From the NCBI GenBank assembly GCA_050084985.1, contig JBITNC010000001.1:59272001-59336000 (forward strand): DNA of 64,000 bases. The letters run 5' to 3'. Shown piece by piece: positions 9,493 through 23,500 of this stretch (position 1 is the stretch's first letter; every line of letters starts with the position of its first letter). The notes below the pieces were generated by a model, which worked only from the letters and a program-made list of their open reading frames with translations, had not been told where the DNA came from and did no database searches. This DNA comes from Nageia nagi. Its lineage: Eukaryota; Plantae; Pinophyta. A program made the position numbers and the translations under genes.

Positions 9493-12217
9493 AATTTTAT
9501 TTGATAAAATTTGAATCTATATTGATGGATTAATGCTATCAAATTTTATCATATGTATCTTGACTAGTAGCATAATCAAATTAGCATTTGTAATTTATAC
9601 TTTACCTTATAAATCTTAGCTTTGTGTTTAATCAAGTTAGCATTAATGGCTTATGCTTTTCTTTATAAATCTTAGCTTTATATTTTATTAAGTTGGCATT
9701 TGTAGCTTAAAAATTTTAACTTGGTGATTTAGTTAAGTTATTTTTTGATTGTTTGTGATATGGTTAAGGTAACATGGTCATATATGTATTTTTTTGGTGA
9801 AGTTTTTATCAAAATGAAGAATTAAAATTATGAAATATCATGATGTAATGACATCTTCATATACCTTCAACAACAAATATAGAATAATAATCTAAAACAC
9901 ACAAACATAAAAAATCAAAATTCATATTTTTTTTATAAACTATTGATGATATTTTTTATATCCTTGGTTGAGAATGTATTTATATTACTTGATTGATTAT
10001 GCATTTGATAATGTTATGTACATATAATATTGTTGATATCATGTTATGGATGATACATTTTATTTAGTATGCACATGTGATATTTAGTTGATGATGTATA
10101 TCATCTTTGATGTTGTGTATATATGATAATTTGGTATATTTGATTAATTTATAGATACAATCTATCTTATATGATTGTATATGATATATCTAATTAATCT
10201 TATTTATGAGCTTCTTGTAGCTTGTAGATTTCTTCTTAAAGTTGTAGGTTACTTTGGGTATGCAGGCTTATAAAAGCTCATCATATCAACATGTTGTTGA
10301 ATAACAACACTTGTATAATGAAACTTTTTTTGGTTAATGATTGTATTGTAAAATTATTTGTTAAAATGGTTAAGTAGTTGAACCATTGTAGAACCATCTA
10401 TATTCTATTACTTTATGAACTATATAAATATTTTCATCTCTATTTTTATTTCTATAGAGGAGAACTTTCTCTCTTATTCTTTTTCTATCTTTTTAACTCT
10501 TTACCTAATATTACATTAAAAAAAGTATTAAAAATTGTAATGTAATATTGTGTAATATTTTTTTATCAATATAAATTTACTTAATGCTTAAAGTATCTTT
10601 AGATACCTTAAAGTATTAAGAAAATAAATATAGAAATACATTTAACCATATCTTTAAGTTAAAAAGAGGTTAAAAGATTGGCTTTTTTTATAAATAGATA
10701 AGTACCCCTCTCATTATGTAACTTGATGAAGAATGGTAATGCTTATCTTGAGAATTTATAGGAGAGTTATCTTATGAGAAATGAATAAAAAGGATGGTTT
10801 GAAGTGGATGAACTCCCAAGATATCGAAGAAGCACTATACATGATGTGTTATCTTTTTTTTTTATTGTTTCTTGTTTACTTAAATGGTTGAATGTTAAAT
10901 TTGTTGAAGAAAATTCAAGGTGATCTTGGTTATATGGAATCCTTCAATTCCATTAGTCAGTTATTATTTTTAGAACCATATAAAATTCATGTGAAAGATA
11001 CCATTGGTAATCTTATGCAGATTTAATTCATCACACATAGGCCATTCATATCAGCTCTATGATACCTCATTATAAGAAAAGTTGTAAGGCATGATTCAAT
11101 GTGAGGCTTAGCACCCATGCTACCTTATGGGCTTGCAATAATATTAGCACCTGCAATAACATTAGCACCTACACTAGCATTTTTGCATTCAATCAAATCA
11201 TTTATCAAAGGTAAATGTAGGTATTGTTCTCTACTCTTTTACCTTTATGATTGTAATCATCATTTAATCATTTCATGCTTAGCACATCATGTCCTTATTG
11301 AGTGAACAATAAATAACCATCACTATTTTCATCATTTGGTTAAGACTAAACCTATCATATTTCTTGGATTATCCTAGAGATTAGGATTAAACTAAACTTC
11401 AATATAATGGACACATTATCATTGGTACTATAATCATGCATAATTGAAAAATATTCAAACCAATCAATCTTTAATCACACCTAAGAATAGGGTATGTACC
11501 TCACAAAGGTTAGCATATCATCTAGCTTGGATGGGAAATATTCAAACCATCTATGTATCTGAGTCACCTTTATTGGTTGTGTCTTAACTAACCTTCATCA
11601 TTAATTTACCTTTGTTGATTGGATCTCAGCTACCATCATCATATTTTTCTTACTTAATTCATATATTGCATCTAAGAATGGGACATGTACCTCATGATAA
11701 TGTTAATATATATGGTTTTAATTACATGTGTTCCATATAAAAATGGGGCATGTATCCCATGATGATATGGACACACTATTATCATGATTCTCTTATGTAT
11801 GCATATAAGAATGAAAAATTGATTATTTCTATATTTAGTATTCTCAAGATGATGTATTCATATTATATTAATTTCATCCTTGCTCTATTATTACTATATC
11901 ATTTGATCATATGCTATGATGTTCTCTTTCATTATTGAATACTATATCTTTTATGAGTTAACAATCATATATATACTTGAAAGTGTTTTCCTCTCATTTT
12001 TAGATTCATTCTTTGCTCTTGGTTGATTCTATTGCATTCAAGCCATTACATATCCCAACCAAAGGAAAGAGGAAGTAGTATACATCATTAAATTCTTGAT
12101 GATCTAGATAGCTAAACCAAGGAAGTATCAATTTTTTCTTCTCTTAACTTTTACTTTCTTTGCAAGTATAATTTCATTTCAAGATTCAATTTAATTATAC
12201 TTACAAAGGGGGGCATT

Positions 12218-12770
12218 TGTTGACACTTAAATGTAGTCCTCTTAACATGGTCCCACTTAGGTGCAACTTACATATATGTCTTAATCATATTTAGTCATAT
12301 TTAATCATATTTTATCTTATTATCACATATTTCTCAGGTTGTATTCTTATATTTTATGTTAGGTACATCGATTCGGCTACTACTTTCATGCAAGGGATCA
12401 AATGGTGAATCACACCTAATATATATGTAATTATATCTAACCTAAGGAAGCATTAAGCTCCATGCTTGCATTGAGGATGCTAGTATCAAAGATCTCAATT
12501 ATATCCTTCGATAAGTTCATCAATTATATCTTTGACATTGACACATGTAAGAATACACATGTATTTATATTTCAATAGATTCTTTTCTCTTTAGTGAGTG
12601 TAGTTATGTTTCATAATCTTGATATCACTGTAATTTATACTATTACTGCATATTTCAAATCTCTTATTCATGTATGTTTATCTAAGTTAATTAGCTTAGG
12701 TTTATCATACAATTAAATGTATATGTGCTTCTAGTTCATTTAGAGATAATCATACATGTACCAATACACA
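12218..12770 (+). repeat. 3' LTR of the Tat-like element
   Basis: Starts TGTTGACAC right after the PPT; ends ...ATACACA where RT-coding sequence resumes. Confidence 0.65.
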
Positions 12771-14236
12771 TATAAAAAGATCCTAAGAAATTTTTAACCA
12801 TTGTTACCTTACCATATCCTAATAATTTGAAGGATTTAAGGATCCTTCAAGGTAAGTTTTAAGTTGTAATAAAGTTCATTGCTCAACTAGTAGATATGAC
12901 TTCTCCATTTTCTCATTTATTGAAGAAAGATGAGAAATTTGTTTGGGATGAAAAGTATCAAAAAAATTTGGAAAATATAAAAAGGTACCTAAATAATGCT
13001 CTAATTTTAACCCTTTATGATTTAAATAAGAGTTTATTACTTTATATTTCAGTAATATTAAGTGCAGTAGGGTTAATGTTAGCTCAAAAAGATGATAACA
13101 ATAAAGAAAGAGCAATTTATTATATTAGCAAAATCTTACTTGATTATGAGAAAAGGTATATTCCAGTAGAAAACATATATTTTACAATTATCTTTTCAAC
13201 CAAAAATTTAAGATATTGCATTATTGAAAATACAACATATATCATAGCTCGGTATGATCCTTTCAAATATCTCATGTCCAAATCTTATTTATTTGGAAGT
13301 GCTGCAAAATGGGTAATGTTGCTTCAAAATTTTGATTTGGTATTTAACACTCAGAAATCAATTAAGGGATAGGATATAATATATTTCATTACAAATCATC
13401 TAAGAAATAAAATATCAATGACTTAGGAGGAATTTCTAGATGAATTGGATGACCAAATAGTTTGTGATCATAGTGACGTTGCTCTGCTACATAGACTAGA
13501 TATTCGTAAGTTTTTAATGGTTTTATGGAAAATGATGAATGGACACTATTTTTTATGGTTCTAAATTCATTTATGGAGAAGGAGTAAAAATTTTCTTAAT
13601 CAATCCTCATAATTATTTTATTCCTATATTTTATCATTTAAGTTTTGATTACACTAACAATATGGCAGAATATGAAGCTCTTATTTTAGGTCTAAAGGAT
13701 GAGATATTTTTGAAAGTAAAAAGGATAAAAATCTTTAGTGATTCTCAAATAATTATGAAATAAGTTTATAGCATATACAATACAAAGGACACTAAATTGC
13801 AACCATACAAAGAAATGGTGACAAGTCTCCTCATATACTTTCATGTGTATGAAATTGGCATCATTCCAAGAGACAACAATAGGTATGTTGATGCTATGGT
13901 AAATGTATCTTCCTTGTTCCTATTAATATATAAGATGATGAAACTATCCTTATAATAAAAAATATAGGTAAACCATTACATGAGCATATTATTGAAGATC
14001 AATGGTTTTCAACTACATGCATCAACATGTGTGAATGGTATCAAGATATTTTTTAGTATCTTAAAGATGGAGTAATTCCTATTTCCTTTGATTATAATTC
14101 TATAATTATACTTAAAAGGCTAGATATAAAATATGTCATCATTTATTATTTGTTATAAAGAAGGTATTTTGATGGTGCTCTTCTTAAATGTTTAATGAAG
14201 CAAACTTACATCGAAGAAAAAAGAATAGTTTTTATA
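12771..14236 (+). pseudogene. Degenerate Tat-clade pol fragment: RT end, RNase H, additional archaeal-type RNase H (aRH), integrase start
   Basis: DPKKFLTIV..LKDLRILQGK; ORF 12896 FSHLLKKDEKFVWDEK...AVGLMLAQ...ERAIYYISK; ORF 13539 FYGS...TNNMAEYEALILGL...SDSQ (aRH); WYQDIF*YL, LYRRYFDGALLKCL. Domain order RT-RH-aRH-INT as in Ogre/Retand. Confidence 0.9.
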
Positions 14237-17200
14237 TATTAAGTTTAAGAGGTAAAGGAGATGAAATAAAAAATTTCTTAATTATGGTTCCTCTTATTTG
14301 AAAAAATAAAGTAATGATAAAAATAGTAATCAAATGATCACACAACAATTTGATACAAGTATTAATGTGTTTTACCCAATATAGGCTACATCCATGGAGA
14401 TTTGTTCAATCCTTATTGCAATCATCTCCATAAGACAAGAGATTACAACCTACAACCCACCATTTTACTTATCTCTTTGGCTCATAAGGAAATCTCTCAT
14501 AAAAAAATCAATCTCTTCTTTGTTATTACAATTAATCATGTAAATTCAATGCTACTTTCTAGATTTATAATTTATAATTACATTCATATTTTTAGTTCAA
14601 AATGAAGTTAAAAATTCATGCAAAAATATACCACAAACTTGGAAATTTTATACTCAAAATTACAATACATCAAGAGTGAGTTTAATAGCTCAAAATAGTA
14701 CTTTACATCTCCAAATTTGTAATTTGATCTAATTAGACCAATCTTGATTAACTGACCAATTCCATTACATCCAATCAACTTATTTGCTACTTTTTATAAT
14801 CCTTAACCTAACCAACTGACCAATTTCATGATTGGCTTCCTTAGCGAAACTTCACTCAATCAATTTCTAGTTAAAAATCAGCCCTATACATATTGATTAG
14901 AAAACTAAAGAGCAAATTTCTCCTTCTTCGATTGAGAATTAGGATCCATTCATAACAATATCCCACTTTAATATAAATCCTTATAAAACATACTATAGTA
15001 AGGCCTTAAAAACTTCTCATCATGACCTATTACTCCTTAAGGTCAACTAAGTTTTACCAAAACCTAAAATTCTCCCTTATTATAACTTAAGTTAGAATAT
15101 TTGTAGGATATTGAGATGTATGTATTTTACCTAATTTCAAACATCCACCCTTAATTACTAAATGTATGAAGTGATATATTAATTACATATGTCTGGTTAT
15201 AGAGCAAAAGGTTTAGTTCTTATAAGCTAAATAGAACTTTGGTTATCATTCCATAATCTAGAATCTTCTTTCTCCTTACCCACCTTCTTGATCTAACTAA
15301 CAGTTTCTCCACCCATGGTAAAGATATAGCTTGTAGTACTCCTTCCACCATCAAGATCAATTAGCATATCTAAGTCAATAATAACCTTGCAAACAAGTAT
15401 TAGAACCTCTAAAGTTTGAAGATTAATTGAAACTATTTCTCAAATACCTGATAATCTATTTAATTTCTTCTTAGTGATCCTTTCTAAGATTGTTCATGTA
15501 TCTTCTCATAACTCTCACTAATTATAGAGTATTTGAACTTATGCAAACCATGACATAAATCAAACTCCCAATTACTAAAGAATAAGGAACCTTGGCCATG
15601 TACTCTTATTCCTATTGTATCTTGGGATACAAGTCTTTTGAAAGTTGTATATGATTTTCCAAAGGTGTTGTTATAACCTTAATAATAAATTATTAGGAAT
15701 AAATATAATGTTCAATTACAATCAATAATATTTGAATTCAAAAATATCAATCCTATTATTGACTAAAGCAATTCAATATGAAAGATGATAATGATCAAAA
15801 GATTTTCAATTATCCTTAACCTATCAAACTTGGATGCTAATGAACTTAAAAACCTATTACTTTACCTTTTGTAGAGATTGTAGTTAAAACCCAACTCATA
15901 AAGGTCAATGAAAAATTGTTCCTACAAATGGGATCACTAAAATTATCCTCCATAGAGAATCATCACTTGAGGTTGAGCATTTTCACTTATCATCCTTCAT
16001 AGTAACTATTAAATCCTTCAATCATCATAAAGGAGTCCTCTTCCAAGCTAGGTTTATTATGTACAATGAATCCTTAGGAATGCAATATTCAAAGTATAAC
16101 AAAATCTATATATGATAAGTGTTGTTAATAAATAGTGATCAATAGGACTAAATGTGTTTACCACCTATCAATGATTCCAAATCATATATGCATAATTTCT
16201 CATGCATAATCCTTCCATCTTTATAGTTATCAGTTCTAGTGCCAAGGCTCCTCCTTGGGCTTATGTTCTAATGCCAATACTCCTTCTTGGACTTATCTAT
16301 GAGCTTACCTATTACCATAAAACATAAAGGTATTGAGTGTGCACATTAAAAAAAGCATTAAACCATTTAAATATATAAAATATGTATTTTAATTAAATAA
16401 AAATTTTATTTTAGTTATTAACAAATTCCCCACTTTTAATATGATTTGATAGTTTTTGGAAGAAGGACTTCAAAGCCTAATTCAAATTATAACAAAGGTG
16501 AAGTAAGAAAATACTCTCTGAATCATGTCCTCATACCGGTAGCATGGATGCCCTAGCTTTTGCAATATCTTCCCCCTATTTAGCTTGGATGCATCATGAT
16601 AAACCTCTCATCATAGAAGAAATCTAAGACAAATACAAAGGAACCTACAATCAACTTAAAATAATATTTTTTTCTATAAATAATATCTTAAATATTGGCA
16701 TTAATCATTATATAATATATTAATATCATATGTGTATCATGAAAATATAAGAATATCAAACCTATCATTGGTGGCTTACCTAACAAGATTGTCTCAAAAG
16801 ACTACCCCTAATTAAGGACTTATTGCCTCAACTTATTGTTGAGGGCTTACTAATTAATGTTAGGTGTAAGATTAGTGGCTTTCATAAAAAATTCTAAGAT
16901 AACAGTGGGTTTCATACTTTTTTTAGTAAGATCAATGGATTTCTTAACAACAAATCATCAAAAAAGTGGTACATGACTAATTTGATGGCCGATGGACCTC
17001 TCATCACTACTCTCATAAATCACCAAGAAATAACATTGTGAATGGGCCTAAAAAGGAGTTTAACTTCATGTGTTGGAAAAGATCAACCTTTATTATCATA
17101 TCATTAACAAGGTTATCTTTATCACCTAAAAGCATAATAGGAATTGAGATAACTCTCATCAATCCCCCATATCAAATATCTCATCATCATAATATCTCAA

Positions 17201-17592
17201 AGAAAAATTCAACATCATCATATTACCCCAATTAAGAGGAGTTATCCCAAAGTAATATCAATATCAAATAATTACTAAAATAGCATCATATCCCAAGTGG
17301 TCTCACCCATGAATTCTTAATAAAATTATTTGAATTATGAACTCAATATTCTAAAAATTGAATTCTCATTCTACAATATCATTAATCTTTCTTAAATTCT
17401 TATGATCAATAACTGAAGATTAGTCCAACCTACCCTAGCTTGCATTGTTTTGATAAATACTAACTTTTCTACAACCAACCACCAATTTTTATGAGATCAT
17501 CACTGGCACTAACTTCTATATATAAATTTTTTTTAAAACCTTTCAAATCACTTCTCAACACCATTAATATCACTAAATAATACAATGATAAA
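14237..17592 (-). mobile_element. Old LTR element B: 3' LTR ~14237-14957, PPT 14958-14971, heavily decayed internal region with faint integrase/chromodomain remnants (~15600-16100)
   Basis: Minus strand ATTAAAGTGGGATAT|TGTTATG junction; weak PFVG and ..ENHIQLSKDLYP remnants. The partner LTR is not in the window. Confidence 0.45.
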
Positions 17593-20500
17593 TGTTAGGA
17601 CCTAATTTTTACACCTTAAAAATTGGCTCTAAACTTAACTTCAATCCCAATAAACACATATGAAATGAGTAGAATTTGTTTTTGAACTAATATACAATTC
17701 ACAAGGATATTCAATAATGAAATTTTGGAAGCTACTTTTGAGCCATGAGATTGAGATCACATAGTGGTTCCAAGTATCATAATTTTTGAGTTGTAATCTC
17801 ATCATTAGATAATAACACCATTTATATCTTGATATTTAATCTTATGATTAAATATCCTAAATGACTTACCTAGAATGTTCATATTAGAAGAAAATAACAT
17901 TTTTTTCTTGTTGATGGTATCATAAATTACCCAAAACATCGCCATCATCAACTTTAGAAATTTAAGTACTTTGGGAACCTTCATGACCAAACTTGAGAAT
18001 TCCTCAATTATCCTTCTTGATAATCCTTATTCTCATCTTGAAGTTAAGTGTGTTGATAACTCTTTGAATTATCCTTATTCAGTAATTCCCTTTTTCTATT
18101 GATATCTCCTTGAATTATCCTAACTTGATAATTCATTGATCTCCTTACAATTTTCTAGAATTATCCTAGCTTGATAATTCCTTAATCTCATAAAATTATG
18201 CTCAAGACTAACCTAGGGTTTATCTAGGGTTCAATACTATTTCCTAGGATTAACCACATACTAGGTCATGACTATATGTTCCATCCTAGTTGGTTATTAT
18301 TAACTTGGTATGTATATTATAGATAAAAACACCAATATAGTTTTCCTTGTTTATACAATTATTTATGACTTTAATAATCATTCATCACTTCTACTCATGC
18401 AATAATGACTCCTATGTTTACATATCACCATTTATATGTATTTCACAATAGTAATGACACATTTCATCATCCATGCAATTCATACAATAACATATAATAA
18501 TATTATTTATAATGTCATTCAATAGCAAACATGGGTATCATCATGTAATATCATATAACCTTAAATTTCCCAATAAATCAATTCATATGAATATAATTTT
18601 AAGCTATTATCAATGACTAAGAAAATCATTAAATATTTAGCACATAAATAATGGATCTTGAATATCATTAACATATCATCCATATGTCATAAGGGTATTC
18701 CATACATGGGTCCAACTTACATATTGTATATATATATAATACATAATAATTTATCATTTTCCAATAATGTATAGTAACACAAGGTTATACAAATCATCTT
18801 ATTATTACATTAATACATATCCAAAATCTTGATACAAGTATCCTTTATCAAGTATGAAGTTACATCCTCAATCAATTGAACAAGCAAGGATCCCTCATAA
18901 GTAGGAACTAATATGAAGTCCTTGGATATAGTAGCTCATGGTGGTTATTTGGATCATGAAAATTTTTACTTATTATGCATCTACTCATGCAAAAATGTCA
19001 AAAAATACCTACAATACTACATTCCTAGGTTGCTCAATTCACTTATAAAACACACTTTTCCATCTTAGAAGAGAGTAATAAGAGAAATTAATCAATCAAA
19101 TCTAGATTCTTAAAAATGTTAAAATCACTTTAAAATTAGATAATAAAAATATTTTCTTTTTTTCATCAATTTAAAGATGCCATTTTAAAATTTATGACCT
19201 AATATAACATAATTTAAATTATTTCTTCAATTTTCTTCATTCTAATTGCCAAGGAATAATAATAAGATATTATTTCAATCAATTATTAAATTATTAAAAT
19301 AATTCAATACTACTCAATTCCTATTACTAAAATTCACATTTTCCATAATATAGAATAGAACATTCATAATAGTTACTCTTTAGAATATAACTACTTATGC
19401 AGACTTCTCTCAAATAGCAGACATAGTTCACAACATCTAGGTCTACTTAATTCATTTTAAGAAAATGATATTTTGACTATATTAAAACAAAGTGAAATAA
19501 ATATATTTAATTCTTAATTACAAAGAATAAATTTCTCTTTTCTCAAATGGCTATGCCATTGTTTCCATAAGAATTATCCTTAATTTTCTACCAAATTATT
19601 TCTTAAGAACTCTTAGTAATTCATGATCTCTTTCTTCATAATTAATCTATTTATTAATTATTTTATAATTTATTCTAAATTAATTATCCTTTCCATAATA
19701 TCTTCTAAATATTAACTCATTTCCAAAATATCCTCTTAGAGTATTAGTTTCAACACTTTAAATTATTGGTAGACTTATGGCTAAAATTAGCCTTTGAGAA
19801 TGCTATAGTATTTTGGCCATAACTATTGACTCGAGTGTTCATTTGAATATATACAACTTTGTAATACCTCCTTAGGATACAATGTTTTCAAGGCTAAAAA
19901 TATCATATTACAACCTGAATTTTTATTTTAATGTTGTTTTAGATTTCCAACAATATGGATTCAAACATTAATCATCCAAGATTTTTATCAAGTTTGAAAT
20001 TTAATTCACTTTCATTCTAAAATCATTGATTCCAAAAATAAAATCAATCAATCAATCTAGAATAAACCACATACAATTAGATCTTTTTTTTTAAGTACAC
20101 ACTATGATTGAAGATTTTACACTTATCTCTAAAATCACCATGGCCTTATGCATTCTAGTTAGATTTTTCTAAAACTGTAAATCAAACTTTACCAATTAGA
20201 ATTTAGATTTAAAATAAATCAAAATTTATAACTAGTACTATTTTTAAATTAGGTAGATCAAAACTCATAATAGAAAACTATAGTGAGTGTTTTTATCACA
20301 ACCAAAATAATTAAGCATGAATCTAATCAAATAATTCTTTTCACAAATCCTTTCTATTTTCATAAGATTAAATTTTAGAAATAATTTATTATAATCAATT
20401 ACTCATATTTTATTTTGGATAGCCCCAAAATCAAATCCTAAAATCCTTTTTCTCTATAAAAAGAATTTATGGCATTGCATACAGAGAAAATCAGGTTGGA

Positions 20501-23500
20501 AAACATGGAGAGAACTAACTTGATTTAACACCAAGACTTTAACTCTTCAGCCTAGATTAAACCCTCATTATTAATAAAACCCTAAGGTTAAATTATAACC
20601 CTTACCTTCACTCATAGTTTCTCCAAAGCTTCACTATGGCTTGCAATTTCCCCAAAATGTGAGCTCTAAGGGTATATTTATAACTTTTTAAAGGATTAGG
20701 ATTTTTAATAAAATAATAATATTTTATGTTCATGACATCTAATTATTAGCTTTCACTTAACCCTATTTGACCATGTTTCAAGATTATATTTTCTTTATGA
20801 TTATCCTTTAATTATTTTTTTTGTTAATATTAAAGGTGATTTTTAAAGAACCGATAATTATTGTTCAATTTTTGAAAGGCCCCTGATACCATTTACAATA
20901 AAAGTGGTTTCATAGTTGTCCCTCAACCTCCCTAGGGAATAAATAACAATCCCTCAACTTGTAAAGGGCCCAAACAATTCAAAACTTGGAAGTATTAGCC
21001 CATTTTTGAAATGTTATACATATCTTAAAATATACATTGAAGACCTTGTATGCTTTGAAGCTATTACAAATCCCTAAGGAAATTTGAATTTTACAACTTC
21101 TCGCTTAGATGAAACTTATGGTTGAGCCATGGAATTTTAATTTCTAGATTTCAAATATAAATTCAAAAACATGTACAGATAAGCTAAAAAGAACCTAACT
21201 ATTGCTTGCTTGAGATAGGTGAACCGATCCAATCATGTAGCATTCCAACTTCTGGTTCTAAACCAACTCCACCAACCCTCCACCAAGAACCAAAACCCCC
21301 ATAGCATCAATGAAGGAGGGGAAAAAATATCATATAACAAAAAATCCTCAAAAATATCCTTCATGAAAACTATGTGGTGAGAAAGTAATCCTATTCCCAT
21401 GGGCTCCAAACCCATCGAAACATAGAAGAAAAGCTTCCATAGATGCAATAGTTTTGGTACACAAGTGTATGAAAAATCAAAGCTTATATAGATAGCAACC
21501 ACAACCTCTACAATTATTCTCCCCATAGAAGTTAACTCCTCCCTATTTTTAAACTTAACTTAACACCCTTTAGCCAAGCTAGGCTTCAACACCTTTTTAG
21601 CCATAGGCTTAAACCACTCCTCCTCTAAGAGCGATGCCCTATCCTTTGAAGAAGGTAACAAGATGCCAATACAAAACAAATCCTCAATCTCTTTAGGTGA
21701 GAATCTTAATTCCAAAGAAAATTCCTTTGTACTTTTAGGAGCCACATCTAGATAATCATTGAATAGTGTTTCCTCTTTCATAAAAGAAAAATGAGATATG
21801 AGGGAGAATTCAAAGGCCCTCATAACCCTTGCTAGAATCAGACTACTAGCACCTTCCTCTACACATTACATGCTACCAGCCATGAATAAAACACAACCCT
21901 TAATTATTTTTATTTTATTACTTTATTTTAATTTATTATACTATATTATTATTATTAGTTTTTTTTAATTATATATTATTTCAATAAAGTTATTAATTTT
22001 ATTGATCACATTAATTAAATTAATCCTTCATCAATAATATTATTAACTTAATTAATCTTTTAATTAATTAAATTAATAGTCTACATGTAATGAAAGTGCA
22101 ATAAATTGCCTACCCCTACTACCGTTCCTGTCAACAAGTCCTTGGTAGCATTTCATAATAGATAACCAAAAGTATGAATCCTAGGAGGCTCTTTTGATCC
22201 TTGCCTCATGCAACTACATGATATAATAACTATGGTCATTAGAGGTATCTTGATTTTGGATTCTAAGATAATAACTACAACCTTATGAAATCATCTTCTT
22301 AACCACACATAAGCATTCCACCCTCATACATGTCATCTACACACATAGACATGCACACCTCGATAGTATCTTATATAAAAAATGATAGATAATATCATAT
22401 TATCATAAGAGAATTTTTCAAATCATTTTCATCATAAAAAATGTAATAAGTAAAATAAAACATCATAATGTCTTCTTATTTCACACCAAACAAATGCCAC
22501 ATAGTCCTGAATCTAGCAAGGGAATGTACAACAAGAAATTGAACTATGACATCCTCCCCTATTGGATTAACACAATTTCTTGTGTTAACTACCATAGTTT
22601 AGAGTTATCTTATTTCATTTTACGCATACAATAATGAAATAAATTTTATTATAACATAAGGTATTCATACCATAACATGATGGAACACATCACACCTTCT
22701 TCACAAGGTTTCAAATTTAAAATAAAATACCTTAGATAAATTAGGTGAAAAGTTCAAATTTTTGACTAATTTATCATAGGTTCAATAAATTCTTGTATTT
22801 CCTTCAATTCCCATGCCATCATTACTAGATTTGTATCACTAATAGAAGAATCATTTACACAATTTTTTTTTCTAACATGAATTTCTAGTTAAGCTATTCC
22901 TTTCTTTTTTCACATATCTTTTTTTATCCTAACCTAGTCCTTAAGATATCATATGAAGAGGAATTCTCATACCCTTAACCCTACTTATTTTCAAAGGGTA
23001 TTAATTCTTATCCTTTGTTATGTGCAAATTAACTAGATTGAGTTGTCTTAGATTGTTACATATATAATTAAATCTCCTAAACATAGCTCACTTAGTCCCA
23101 AATTTTACTCTAAAAGTATTCTTGGATGTAATTCTTCTTTTCCTACTATCCAACTAACTATTTTATTTTGATAGTTGAAATAATTTTTTGTTTCTTTGAA
23201 AATATTTTAATCCAAGTCGCATGTCCTTTCATAAAACTTCACAACCATTATGATCTTCTCGTATACATATTTAACCCTAACTTGATCTTCATGCTTTAAT
23301 AATTTTGAGTTCACTATGTATTTGATCCATTATGAACCATCCTTGTATTTTTCTTCAATATATCTTTCTTATCTTTCCTTTTCCTAGTTTTCATTGTTAT
23401 CTTCAAGTATTTAACTAACTTCCTCAGATGGAAAATCTCCTTTCCTTGACATGTACATTGATGGTTAGATTCCTAAAGAATATTGCAGTAGTAATAATTC

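Larger units (their letters stand above)
5298..10955 (+). mobile_element. Non-autonomous LTR element E (LTRs 5298-5726 and 10526-10955)
   Basis: ~430-bp direct repeats (TATTAG/TATTAA...TTCCATTA, decayed TG...CA), PBS TGGTATCAGAG 5729-5739, G>A-decayed PPT ATTAAAAAAAG before 10526. No recognisable pol. TSD not recognisable. Confidence 0.85.
3744..12770 (+). mobile_element. 3' half of a Tat/Ogre-like Gypsy element (integrase, long 3' UTR, PPT, 3' LTR), interrupted by element E
   Basis: Integrase, then non-coding 3' region, PPT AAAGGGGGGCA at ~12205-12215, and LTR starting TGTTGACAC at 12218. Confidence 0.7.

Noticed and set aside
9941-10510. Extra solo LTR just before element E's PPT
   Set aside because: LTR-like composition and decayed TA..TA ends, but no matching TSD and no second copy.
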